Below, one piece after another: positions 1 through 9,431 of a stretch of DNA of 64,000 bases; the first letter of the stretch is position 1; every line of letters starts with the position of its first letter. Source of the stretch: Candidatus Latescibacterota bacterium. Lineage in GTDB: Bacteria; Latescibacterota; UBA2968. The stretch spans positions 1,952,001 to 2,016,000 of the forward strand of contig OZ242195.1 in assembly GCA_965205975.1 (NCBI GenBank), given 5' to 3'. Under the pieces are notes generated by a model that did no database searches, was not told where the DNA came from, and worked only from the letters and a program-made list of their open reading frames with translations. Position numbers and translations under genes: made by a program.

Positions 1-2
1 TC

Positions 3-2219
3 GAAGATGGCGAGACGCGGAAATCTGTACTGCGCCAGCATCAACGCCGCGCAATCGACCGCATTCTCAAACGCTGTGCCGAACCATCCAGGCGTCGGGG
101 GCTAATATGGCACACCCAGGGATCCGGCAAAACCTTTACACTACTCACCGCCGCACGCCTGATTCTGGAACACAAGGAACGATTCCACACGCCAACCGTG
201 GTGGTAGTCGTAGATCGCAGAGAACTCGAAGGACAACTCAAGGAATGGGTTGAACGCCTGCTCGGTGAAATGCATCAACAGGACATCGCGGTATGGCGAG
301 CAAACTCCAGGGACGACCTCCGGAACCTGCTCAAAACCGACAAACGCGGGCTAATCCTGTCTATGATCCACAAATTTGAAGGCATTGAGCGGAATGCCAA
401 CACCCGCGGCAACATCTATGTATTCATAGACGAGGCGCACCGCTCAGTCGCCAAAGACCTCGGCACGTATCTGATGGCGGCGGTACCAAATGCCACTATC
501 ATCGGTTTTACCGGCACACCGATAGCCAGGACAGAGCATGGGGCAGGCACCTTCATGATCTTCGGTGCCGATGACGAGCAAGGTTATCTCGATAAGTATT
601 CGATTCGTGAGTCAATTAAGGACGAAACGACGCTGCCTATTCGCCATACCATGGCACCGAGTGAAATGGCTGTACCAGCCGAGCAACTCGATAAAGAATT
701 CTTTGAACTTGCTCAAGCCGAAGGCGTTACCGATGTCGATGAACTCAATAAGGTCCTCGACCAGGCCGTGGGCTTACGCACCTTCCTGACCGCCGATGAC
801 CGCATTGAGAAGATCGCCAAATACGTAGCCGAGCACTTTGTGGAAAACGTAGTTCCACTCGGCTACAAGGCATTTCTCGTGGGCGTGAACCGCGAAGCCT
901 GCGCCAAGTACAAACGCGTACTCGACAAACTCCTACCACCCGACTGGACGGCGCCTGTCTATACAGAGAATACTTCAGACATCATTGACCGTCCACTCGT
1001 TGCGGAACTTCAACTCACTGAGGATCAAGAGGCGGACACGCGCCGCCTATTCAAAAAGGCGGATGAGAACCCAAAGATCCTCATTGTGACCGACAAATTA
1101 CTGACAGGCTACGACGCACCCCTTCTCTATTGCATGTATCTCGACAAGCCAATGCGCGATCATGTCCTCTTACAAGCTATTGCGCGCGTGAACCGCCCGC
1201 ATGTGGATGCGAACGGCACCCGCAAGCCCATCGGCCTCATTGTCGATTTCGTCGGCGTACTCCGTGAACTGAGAAAAGCATTGCGATTCGACTCGTCTGA
1301 TGTAAACGGTGTGATTGAGGACCTCGACCTGCTGCTGGATGCCTTTCTAAACAAGATCGAAAAGGCGAAAACGGACTACCTTACTGTCCGGGAAAATGGC
1401 AGCGCAGACGAGCATCTCGAATGGGTTGTCTATGGACATTTCTTAGACTTAGAGGCGCGCAAAGCATTCTGCGAAGCGTACAAGGATATTGAGGCACTCT
1501 GGGAGATTTTGTCACCTTCGCCAGACCTGCGCGACCACATCGACACCTATAAGCAACTCGCCAATCTTTATTCAGCCGTACGCAATGCCTATACTACCAG
1601 CACTACCCCCGTAATAGACTTAGCCAACAAGACGCGCTCCCTGGTCCAGGACAGCGCTACCCAAGAAGGTCTCGGCTACCTGACAAAAACAGCGACATTC
1701 GACGTAAACACGCTCAAAACACTCCAAAACGAGTCTGGCTCACACGAAGCCAAAGTGTTCAACCTCGTGCGCGGCTTGCGGAAGGAAGTCGAACAAGAAT
1801 CGGAAATGGCGTCTGTGCTGCTGCCTTTGAAAGAACGCGCTGAACGCATTTTGGAGGATTTGGAGAATCGCAAAATAACCGCACTCGAGGCGATGGATCA
1901 GTTAGATGCCCTTGCAAAAGAAAAAGAGGAAGCTATCGAGGCCGCGCAGAACAGCGGACTTTCGCCGCGTGCATTTGGTATTCATTTGGCACTAAAGAAC
2001 GATCCGAATATAGTGGCTGTCGGCATATCGACATTGAACGTGGCACAGGAAGTGGAAACACTGCTCAACCGCTTTCCCAACGCGGCTGTCAACGCCGACG
2101 AACAACGGCGACTACGTGCGGCTCTCTATCTCCCGCTTCTAAAACTGGACAAAGACGAGCGCAGCCGCGCTGTAGATCGCGTCCTTTCAATTCTTCTGGA
2201 CACAAACCCCGATGTGTAA
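3..2219 (+). CDS. hsdR: Type I restriction endonuclease subunit R (5'-truncated by window edge)
   Basis: Frame is open upstream of the ORF-track start. Walker A HTQGSGKT at ~111-134, FIDEAHRS (DEAH box), [22 protein letters not shown] helicase motifs. Confidence 0.93.
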   Translation, partial: EDGETRKSVLRQHQRRAIDRILKRCAEPSRRRGLIWHTQGSGKTFTLLTAARLILEHKERFHTPTVVVVVDRRELEGQLKEWVERLLGEMHQQDIAVWRANSRDDLRNLLKTDKRGLILSMIHKFEGIERNANTRGNIYVFIDEAHRSVAKDLGTYLMAAVPNATIIGFTGTPIARTEHGAGTFMIFGADDEQGYLDKYSIRESIKDETTLPIRHTMAPSEMAVPAEQLDKEFFELAQAEGVTDVDELNKVLDQAVGLRTFLTADDRIEKIAKYVAEHFVENVVPLGYKAFLVGVNREACAKYKRVLDKLLPPDWTAPVYTENTSDIIDRPLVAELQLTEDQEADTRRLFKKADENPKILIVTDKLLTGYDAPLLYCMYLDKPMRDHVLLQAIARVNRPHVDANGTRKPIGLIVDFVGVLRELRKALRFDSSDVNGVIEDLDLLLDAFLNKIEKAKTDYLTVRENGSADEHLEWVVYGHFLDLEARKAFCEAYKDIEALWEILSPSPDLRDHIDTYKQLANLYSAVRNAYTTSTTPVIDLANKTRSLVQDSATQEGLGYLTKTATFDVNTLKTLQNESGSHEAKVFNLVRGLRKEVEQESEMASVLLPLKERAERILEDLENRKITALEAMDQLDALAKEKEEAIEAAQNSGLSPRAFGIHLALKNDPNIVAVGISTLNVAQEVETLLNRFPNAAVNADEQRRLRAALYLPLLKLDKDERSRAVDRVLSILLDTNPDV

Positions 2220-2505
2220 TGAACGGCGCAAGGTCATCCGCGACCGCGTCGAATACTGGGCGCGGCGATTGAACGTCCATCCCCGGCATGTTCGCGTTCA
2301 ACACATGACCCGGAAATGGGGTTCCTGCTCAACATCCGGAATCATCACACTCGCCATTGATCTGGCTGATCGGGAAGTAGGATTTCAGGACTTCGTCATC
2401 GCGCACGAGTTGTTGCACCTCCGCGTTCCCAACCACGGAAGATTATTTAAGGCATTGATGACCGTTCATATGCCTGAGTGGAAGAAGTACAATATCACAA
2501 GATAG
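2212..2505 (+). CDS. Short YgjP/DUF45-like (M48/SprT-type) metallohydrolase
   Basis: KWGSCS and HELLH (HExxH)...NH motifs. Overlaps the hsdR stop, a common arrangement after type I R genes. Confidence 0.85.
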   Translation: MCNERRKVIRDRVEYWARRLNVHPRHVRVQHMTRKWGSCSTSGIITLAIDLADREVGFQDFVIAHELLHLRVPNHGRLFKALMTVHMPEWKKYNITR

Positions 2506-2562
2506 AGTGCCGTCTGCGGTTCTCTAACTGACCTAATCTACACAGATTAGTACAAAAAATGA

Positions 2563-2618
2563 CCCCCCCGACTACTCCTTAATGGAGAGAACCCCTTGGG
2601 TTCTTGTCATCGGGGGGG
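2563..2618. terminator. Branched hairpin, probable terminator between convergent genes
   Basis: CCCCCCCGA...TCGGGGGGG outer stem with two inner hairpins. A-run on the left gives a T-tract on the minus strand. Confidence 0.55.
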
Positions 2619-2663
2619 AACCTTTTATCCATCGGGCTGGATGAACCCTGAATCAACAAATCT

Positions 2664-3410
2664 CTAAACCGCCATCGCCTCTTCTTTGAGATCATTCAGC
2701 CCTTCAAACTCGCGCCAGATATCGGCCATAGCATCCGTGCTATTTTCTCTGGCATTGACGTGTCGGGGTCTGAAAATCACGGCGTATCGGATATCGGGCG
2801 AATGATTTGGGCCTCCATTGTGATACATCTGGTGATGGCAGATCACCGCATCGCCCGCTTCGCCCATCAACTGAATCGGCCCATGCGGCAAATCGATATC
2901 GGGAATCCGGCGATTGGCCTTTGCCGTCTCCACGTAATTGGGATCCTTTTGAAACGCCGCCTCATAAGCGCGATGAGACCCGGGCCAAAAACAGAAATTG
3001 CCCATAAATGGTCTCGGAACATCGTGGACCAGAATCACCACCAGCAGCGTCATACCGCGACTCAGCAACCCATCCTTCAGCTTCCCACCCAAATCCAGAT
3101 GCCCTCGCGTCAGCGGACGCTCCTCTGCATCGGGAAAATTGAGCTTCACATTGCCTCCCTGCGGTGGAATCAACTTCCCCTCTCCCACTACTGACTCGCA
3201 CAGACCCCAAAGCGGCGATTTATTAAACAAATCTGTAATCACCGGCTCATTGCTCAACCCCGGATTTCGTCCCTGTTGCATCACGCGATAACGCATGTGA
3301 TAATTAATGGCCTTGCGCGCCTGATCGGCCATCAACTTTGGCACAGCACCTCGCACAAGCACATATCCTTCTTCGAAAAACTGCTGCTTTTGAGCTTTGG
3401 TCATCTGCAT
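2664..3410 (-). CDS. Phytanoyl-CoA dioxygenase (PhyH) family Fe/2OG enzyme
   Basis: FFEEGYVLV N-terminus, HLD (HxD), WPGSH, GEAGDAVICHHQMYH, R in final strand. Confidence 0.85.
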   Translation of the reverse strand: MQMTKAQKQQFFEEGYVLVRGAVPKLMADQARKAINYHMRYRVMQQGRNPGLSNEPVITDLFNKSPLWGLCESVVGEGKLIPPQGGNVKLNFPDAEERPLTRGHLDLGGKLKDGLLSRGMTLLVVILVHDVPRPFMGNFCFWPGSHRAYEAAFQKDPNYVETAKANRRIPDIDLPHGPIQLMGEAGDAVICHHQMYHNGGPNHSPDIRYAVIFRPRHVNARENSTDAMADIWREFEGLNDLKEEAMAV

Positions 3411-3466
3411 GGGAATCTCCTTTCAGTTAGCAGTTGTCGCCTCCAACGACCAGTCCCACCCAGCCC

Positions 3467-4438
3467 CTACTCATAATCCAACACAACCTTAATCGCCTCG
3501 TCTCGATGATCGATAAACAATTCAAAACCCTTTTGCACCTCTGTAAACGGCAAATGGTGTGTAATAATCGGCGAGACATCAATACGTCCCTGCGCGATCA
3601 TATCCATAGCCAGGGGATAATCGTTCAGCGAATCTGGACCCACAGAACCGACCAGCGTCACATTCTTACTGAAAAAATCGCGATAATTAAACGCATACAC
3701 ATCGTCATCGGGCACGCCAAACGCCAGCACCGTGCCCAGACGTTTGGTTAAATTCAGACACAAATTGACCGTATCCTGATTATGCCCCACAATTTCCACC
3801 GTCAGATCGGCCATGCGTCCATCCGTAATATCTCTCACAACAGCCACCACATCTTCCCTATCGGGATTCACCACATGGGTCGCCCGCATCTTTTTGGCCG
3901 CCTCGAGACGAAAATCAACCGTATCCACGGCAACAACGGTCTTCGCCCCCAAATTGCTCAACAAATGCGTCATCAACAAACCCATTGGCCCCTGCCCCAC
4001 CACCACGGCGTCCCAATTGAGAATATTGCCCAACTTGCGACACGCCCAAATCACCGTCCCCAAAGGCTGTGACATCAACAATTCATCGAGCGGTTTATAA
4101 TCCACGAGATGAACCCCCACTCTTTCGCTCGAAATATAATACTCAGCCAGCCCACCAATACCCGCCGTGGGCCGCGCCTGCACAAAATCCCCCGGTTGAA
4201 ACCGATCCGACGACGACGCAACCACCGTTCCAATACACTCGTGAATTGAAGTCCCAATATTCATCGGATACACCGCGTCTGGCTGTTTCAGTACAAACTT
4301 TGGCGAATCCGACCCACAAATCGCGGTCATATGCGCCTTAACCTTTATCGATCCCCCTGGAAAATCCTCAATATTCGGCTCATCGGCCTCAAACATCTCA
4401 ATCTGCCGATGAGCGACAACGTGTGCTGCTTTCACCAA
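3467..4438 (-). CDS. Zinc-binding (MDR) dehydrogenase
   Basis: ICGSD, IHE, VVGQGPMG Rossmann motif, ITHHLPF...AIKVVL C-terminus. GTG start with AGGAGG RBS. Confidence 0.9.
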   Translation of the reverse strand: MVKAAHVVAHRQIEMFEADEPNIEDFPGGSIKVKAHMTAICGSDSPKFVLKQPDAVYPMNIGTSIHECIGTVVASSSDRFQPGDFVQARPTAGIGGLAEYYISSERVGVHLVDYKPLDELLMSQPLGTVIWACRKLGNILNWDAVVVGQGPMGLLMTHLLSNLGAKTVVAVDTVDFRLEAAKKMRATHVVNPDREDVVAVVRDITDGRMADLTVEIVGHNQDTVNLCLNLTKRLGTVLAFGVPDDDVYAFNYRDFFSKNVTLVGSVGPDSLNDYPLAMDMIAQGRIDVSPIITHHLPFTEVQKGFELFIDHRDEAIKVVLDYE

Positions 4439-4462
4439 TTCCTCCTTTAGAAACTGTTAAGA

Positions 4463-6223
4463 TCAATCCGCCGCCTCAATCCGCGGCGCCTCCAACTCAC
4501 TGCGCTGTCCCAGCCATATAAACACACCGCCAACACCCAGCACAAAACCGCCCACAAACAAAATCCCCAGGCGTCCGATCAGTGGATTGGGCAACAAGAC
4601 GAGCGCGCAAATCACCCCGCCAATAACCGCAGCAAAACTACCGATAATTTTGAGCTGGCGCAAATCATTTGGCACGCCGATCTCTTTCTCAAAATCAACC
4701 GGTGTCAGCATGCGATCAAAAAAGTCCTGCGCCTGCCTCTTATATACTTCCGACGTGCGATTCCAGAACGGCATCGTCAACAAATAAACCACTATCCCCA
4801 CGGCGAGATTGACAAACACCTTCTGCTGAAAAGACCAGGTCTCGCCAAAGAGTTCCGCACTAAAAAACCCGATTGCAGATGGAATCAACGTCACACACAC
4901 CGTCACAATAGCCGCCCAACTCGGCGACGTGCGAATAAACAGCCCCATCAACGCGGGGACAGCCATCGGCAGAGCCAGCAACGCGCCGATATTCAACATA
5001 TGTTCAAACACCCCTCGGCCCTCTGTATTCGCAAAATACGTGGCAATACTCACAATACACACCCCAAACACCGCAGAAAACACCTGCCCCAACCGCATCA
5101 GGCTTTTGCCCTGCATAGTCGCCCGTCCAAACAACCGACATAACGTCGGATAAATATCATTGGTAAAAATCGCCGCATTGCGATTCAACCCCGAATCCAT
5201 CGAACTCATCGTCGCCGCAAACATCGCCACCACCATCAACCCCGTCAGGCCCAGCGGCAACACATTCAAACTCGCAATTGCATACGCAGCTTCCGCAGCC
5301 TTGGGAATATCGACCGCCATCACCTCGGCGTGAAACAAAAGTCGCGCAGTCATCGGCGGAATAAACCAGATAAAAGCACCCGCCGTCATCAGCACAAAGC
5401 CCAGCCACGCCGCCTTTTGCGCCTCGCGCCCATCCTTCACCAGAAAATACCGCTGTGCCGACGTAAGCGTATTGTATCCAATCACATTCTTCAGCAGCAT
5501 CGCTATAGCCCACGCATACGTATAAGCCCGCAGCGGAAACTGGTCAGGCGCATTAAACACACCATAAGCCGACGACAGATTCATATCCTGAATGCCCTGA
5601 AACAAAGCGCCCACACCACCGAGCTTCACCAGACACAACACCCCCACCAGAATAGTAATGGGAATGAGGATAAGCGTCTGCAGAAAATCCGTAGCCGTCA
5701 CCGCCCAGCTACCGCCGATCAGCGAATAGAGCAACACCACCGCGCCTACCACCACGATCACCTGCTCAATTTTATATCCAAACACCGCCGAACAGAAAAT
5801 CGCCAATCCCAGAAGATGTAGCGACGAATACAGCGTTTGCATCACAAATGACATCCACGCGTAAAATTGTTGCGTCGAAATGCCAAAGCGCAGGCGGATA
5901 ACCTCGGGACCCGTAATAGCCCGGATCTGTCGAAACCATTTGGCGAGAAACAAACCATTAATCGCAAAACCCACTGAATTAGCCAGATAAATCACCAACA
6001 CACTCCAGCCGGCTTCATACGCCGCACCCGCTGCACCCGAAAAAGTCCACGCACTAAACGCCGTCATAAACGCACTCGACCCCACCAGCCACCAGGTGCC
6101 CTTGCAGCCGTTTCGAAAATAATCACTCACATTTTCATTAAAACGGCGAAACACCATCCCCACCCCAACCAGCACGACCAAATAACAGCCAATCACAACA
6201 TATTCAACCGATGTTTCACTCAT
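4463..6223 (-). CDS. Sodium:solute symporter (SSS) family transporter
   Basis: DYF..G..WW, SAWTFSGAAG, GGSWAVTATDFLQ, QRY, AATMSSMDSGLN motifs; many TM segments. Confidence 0.92.
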   Translation of the reverse strand: MSETSVEYVVIGCYLVVLVGVGMVFRRFNENVSDYFRNGCKGTWWLVGSSAFMTAFSAWTFSGAAGAAYEAGWSVLVIYLANSVGFAINGLFLAKWFRQIRAITGPEVIRLRFGISTQQFYAWMSFVMQTLYSSLHLLGLAIFCSAVFGYKIEQVIVVVGAVVLLYSLIGGSWAVTATDFLQTLILIPITILVGVLCLVKLGGVGALFQGIQDMNLSSAYGVFNAPDQFPLRAYTYAWAIAMLLKNVIGYNTLTSAQRYFLVKDGREAQKAAWLGFVLMTAGAFIWFIPPMTARLLFHAEVMAVDIPKAAEAAYAIASLNVLPLGLTGLMVVAMFAATMSSMDSGLNRNAAIFTNDIYPTLCRLFGRATMQGKSLMRLGQVFSAVFGVCIVSIATYFANTEGRGVFEHMLNIGALLALPMAVPALMGLFIRTSPSWAAIVTVCVTLIPSAIGFFSAELFGETWSFQQKVFVNLAVGIVVYLLTMPFWNRTSEVYKRQAQDFFDRMLTPVDFEKEIGVPNDLRQLKIIGSFAAVIGGVICALVLLPNPLIGRLGILFVGGFVLGVGGVFIWLGQRSELEAPRIEAAD

Positions 6224-6244
6224 AGAGAGTTCTCCAATTAGCCA

Positions 6245-8221
6245 TCACCAGTGATGCACCAGATGCCCTTGCCCAAAGAAAAACAACACATCCACGATAA
6301 AAATCAACCCAATGCCCAGAACATAACCGAGCATCAGCCCCATAAACAAAGGTAGCGATTGGCGATAAAGTCCAATACCGCCAATTTTTAACAAAACGGA
6401 TTTAACCGCCCACGCCACAAAAACAGTAAACACCTGCCGCTGCAAAATACCCGTCGTAAACACCGTCAATCCAATAGGACTCAACGGCCACCACACAAAC
6501 CGATAGCGCAAAAAACTACACACACCTGCGATACTCGCGCCAATACCAAAAAACATCAGCCTCTCCAGACTGATGCCAAAGGGATTTTGCAATTTCATCA
6601 CCACATTGCTAAAAATCACCACATTCCCGGAATTAAACGTATAAACATTAAAATTGTACGCACCATACATATAACCCAGATAAAGCGTAAATACCGCCGA
6701 AATAACCAGCGACACCACCAGAGCGCACATCGTCGTCCAGAATAGCGAACGGGTCTTGAGCTTGAGCCTTGCCCCCATCTGCGCGATATGAGCCAGCGTA
6801 GCAGCGCCAAAAGTATTACCCAAGCCAAACGTCGAATAAGACAGCGCCAGAGACGCGGCACTATTGGTATCCATCTGCCGAATACCAATCGTATAAAAAG
6901 TAAAACTCTGAGGCGTAATAGGCATCCGCGCATAAGCCAATCCCGACTCAGCCACAAACCGCGTCACACCCACCGTCATCAAAATCAGTGCAAAAAGAAA
7001 AACACCGGCCACGAGCGCGGACATGCCCGAATGCCACAACCAGAAAAAGAGAAAAGCCGCCCCCACAATAATCCCCCACACCGCCGCCCGATAAGACAAC
7101 AACTCATCCGAATCATCCACCGCATCATCGCCGCGCATCGCCTTGCGCCACACATCCCGCAAATGCGCGCGCGCCATCCACATACTCAATGCCGTAAATA
7201 CAAAAAAAGCCCCCATCGCCTGCCAGCCCAACGCAGCACCACCGCGAGACCCCCAGATATCCGACGCCCCAATAGTATATCCCAAACGGTCAAAAACACC
7301 GGTTTGCACAATACCCAGCGCGTAAAAAAACCACAAACTGAACAACACATCGAGATTGGTAAAAAACGCGAACCCCAGCACAAAAAAATTCAACTTAATC
7401 GTAACACTCGGAAACCCGCGCCCAAGTGGCAAAGCCCATCTATCCATCAACGGAATAGGTGGAAATGTGTGCCAAAAATAACCCACGATATTCCACAACA
7501 CCACAACCACGGGAATGGTCAGTCCAACCCAGAACAGGCGAGAATGCAGGAGCCTGTATTTTCCTGCCCCAACCTCCTCCAACATCGTCAGCGGTGCTTC
7601 AGCCAGGGGAAAAGGCAGGCGTTCTCGATCCACCCACTGCCGCCGCAACACAGCCATCAGCGCCACGCTCACCAGCGCCAGTGCAATGAGAAAAACACCC
7701 CACCACACAAGCGGCGTCATCCACGCATCCCAGGGAATATCAACCCCAGGAGGCTTGCCCTCAAAAAAATACGTCATCTGCCTGGCGTCATTGGGCGGCG
7801 CGGCCCATTTGGGCAACCCATCCAACAAATAATCGCCCCACTGATTCTCGGGCGAGGCATAATAATAAGGCGCGGCAATCCCCCCGATAAACAAACCCAT
7901 AAAATTCGCCGCAGGCACAGCCCCTGCAATCCACCCCATCGAAAAAACCACCACCATCTCGCCCTGCGACAGTGCCCATTGAGGCTTTACCCGCGCCATC
8001 AGAACATTCAACGGCCACGCCAGCACCGTGAAAACCACCATAGTCGCCATGGGCAAATGGGCAAAAACCATACGCGACGAATGCACGATATAGGCCGAAT
8101 AAGCGGGCAACAAATTCACCAGAAACGTCACCGCAATCCCCACGCAAAAAGCGCGTGTGGTCACGCTCAGATGTTTGCTCTCCGGGTGTAAATCCCGATC
8201 CATCGCTTTCAATTCGGCCAT
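6245..8221 (-). CDS. DUF6785/DUF6784-type polytopic membrane protein (OPT-like putative transporter)
   Basis: LRRQWVDRERLPFPL, RFVAESG, RYRFVWWPLSPIG, FMGLMLG motifs; paralog of 51339-53324. Confidence 0.8.
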   Translation of the reverse strand: MAELKAMDRDLHPESKHLSVTTRAFCVGIAVTFLVNLLPAYSAYIVHSSRMVFAHLPMATMVVFTVLAWPLNVLMARVKPQWALSQGEMVVVFSMGWIAGAVPAANFMGLFIGGIAAPYYYASPENQWGDYLLDGLPKWAAPPNDARQMTYFFEGKPPGVDIPWDAWMTPLVWWGVFLIALALVSVALMAVLRRQWVDRERLPFPLAEAPLTMLEEVGAGKYRLLHSRLFWVGLTIPVVVVLWNIVGYFWHTFPPIPLMDRWALPLGRGFPSVTIKLNFFVLGFAFFTNLDVLFSLWFFYALGIVQTGVFDRLGYTIGASDIWGSRGGAALGWQAMGAFFVFTALSMWMARAHLRDVWRKAMRGDDAVDDSDELLSYRAAVWGIIVGAAFLFFWLWHSGMSALVAGVFLFALILMTVGVTRFVAESGLAYARMPITPQSFTFYTIGIRQMDTNSAASLALSYSTFGLGNTFGAATLAHIAQMGARLKLKTRSLFWTTMCALVVSLVISAVFTLYLGYMYGAYNFNVYTFNSGNVVIFSNVVMKLQNPFGISLERLMFFGIGASIAGVCSFLRYRFVWWPLSPIGLTVFTTGILQRQVFTVFVAWAVKSVLLKIGGIGLYRQSLPLFMGLMLGYVLGIGLIFIVDVLFFFGQGHLVHHW

Positions 8222-8240
8222 CGCAATCTCTTAAAAGCAA

Positions 8241-8268
8241 CCACAGATAAACACAGATGAACACAGAG
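8241..8268 (+). repeat. 10-bp-period tandem repeat (ACACAGATRA)x3
   Basis: ccacagataa acacagatga acacagag; its reverse complement resembles 29148-29178. Confidence 0.6.
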
Positions 8269-8458
8269 AGTTGCATTGTTGCTCATCACAAAATCCGTGC
8301 AAGCGTGGTTGTTTTTCGCCTTTCTTTGTGTCCCTTGGTGCTCTTCGTGGATATTGTTGTGCAATGTACCTCAAAAAGAAAGTGTGTGCAAGGAATCCAT
8401 CCCCTGCACACACCGGTTGTGGTTCAGGATCTATCAGCGATCCACTAACAGAACGCTA

Positions 8459-9421
8459 TCAAAACGACCCACTAACAGCAATGCGCAACGGCGGATCGAA
8501 ATACGCGCCGCCATCGCTATACGACAGATCCACGCGGATATCGCGCCCGCCAAAATCGTACTTCAGGCCAGCGCCCAAACTGTAATCCTCCACGTCGTAG
8601 TTGACCTTATATCCACCGCGCAATGCGAGCATATTGGAAATCCAAAGCTCACCGCCAAAATTCCACCGCTGACCGTAATCAGTAGCCATAATGGTCTCGG
8701 CCGCAAGCGTCAAATACGTCGGGTCGCCTTGCTCGCCATAGACCTCACCTGCCAGCCCAAAATTGAAATTGATCGGCGGTGAAAACTGCTCGGTCTCCAC
8801 AGTAATCTCAGTACCCACATTGCGCGCGGCGGCAGCAATGCGCAAACTGCGATAGCCCGTATATGCCGAAATGCCCAGATCAAACTGAAAGGTACTCGTC
8901 GTTTTGAGCACCAGGTCTTCCTGCACCCACCGCGCCTGCACGCCCCAGGACACTTTATCGGTCATCTGACGCGCAAACATAAATCCAATGGCCGTATCGC
9001 CGCCCTGGATCATGCGCCCGGTACCTGTGGCCTGAAAAATCGTCGTTTCCTCCACCTCTTCGGGCACAAAGCTCACAATTGAAACGCCAAACGTATTGCC
9101 GCCCCATTTGTAAGCCAACGCCCCCGAATACAATCCCGAATTGACCAGCCAGCGCGTGTAGGACAGCGCGTATTCACCGCCCGAAACAAATCCCAATGCG
9201 CCGGGATTGTAAAAAGACGCATCAATACCGCCGTTCATAGCGACAAAGGCTTCGCCCATAGCCACGGCACGGGGCGACGCACCGATTTTGAGAAATGCCA
9301 GCGACGACTGGCCCTTCACCGGCAAAATCGTACCGTATTCGCCAAAATCCGACTGTGCAAAGGCCGGTCCTGTCATCAGCCCGACCCCTATAATCAGCAC
9401 CAGTAATATTCGTTTGTTCAT
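8459..9421 (-). CDS. PorV/PorQ-family outer-membrane beta-barrel
   Basis: Signal peptide, FLKIGASPRAVAMGEAFVA...FYNPGAL N-terminal signature, ALRGGY, C-terminal SGSF. Confidence 0.85.
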   Translation of the reverse strand: MNKRILLVLIIGVGLMTGPAFAQSDFGEYGTILPVKGQSSLAFLKIGASPRAVAMGEAFVAMNGGIDASFYNPGALGFVSGGEYALSYTRWLVNSGLYSGALAYKWGGNTFGVSIVSFVPEEVEETTIFQATGTGRMIQGGDTAIGFMFARQMTDKVSWGVQARWVQEDLVLKTTSTFQFDLGISAYTGYRSLRIAAAARNVGTEITVETEQFSPPINFNFGLAGEVYGEQGDPTYLTLAAETIMATDYGQRWNFGGELWISNMLALRGGYKVNYDVEDYSLGAGLKYDFGGRDIRVDLSYSDGGAYFDPPLRIAVSGSF

Positions 9422-9431
9422 GTTGGGCTCC

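Noticed and set aside
6788..8191. 467-aa plus-strand ORF
   Set aside because: Antisense shadow of the DUF6785 gene with low-complexity H/R/P/Q composition.
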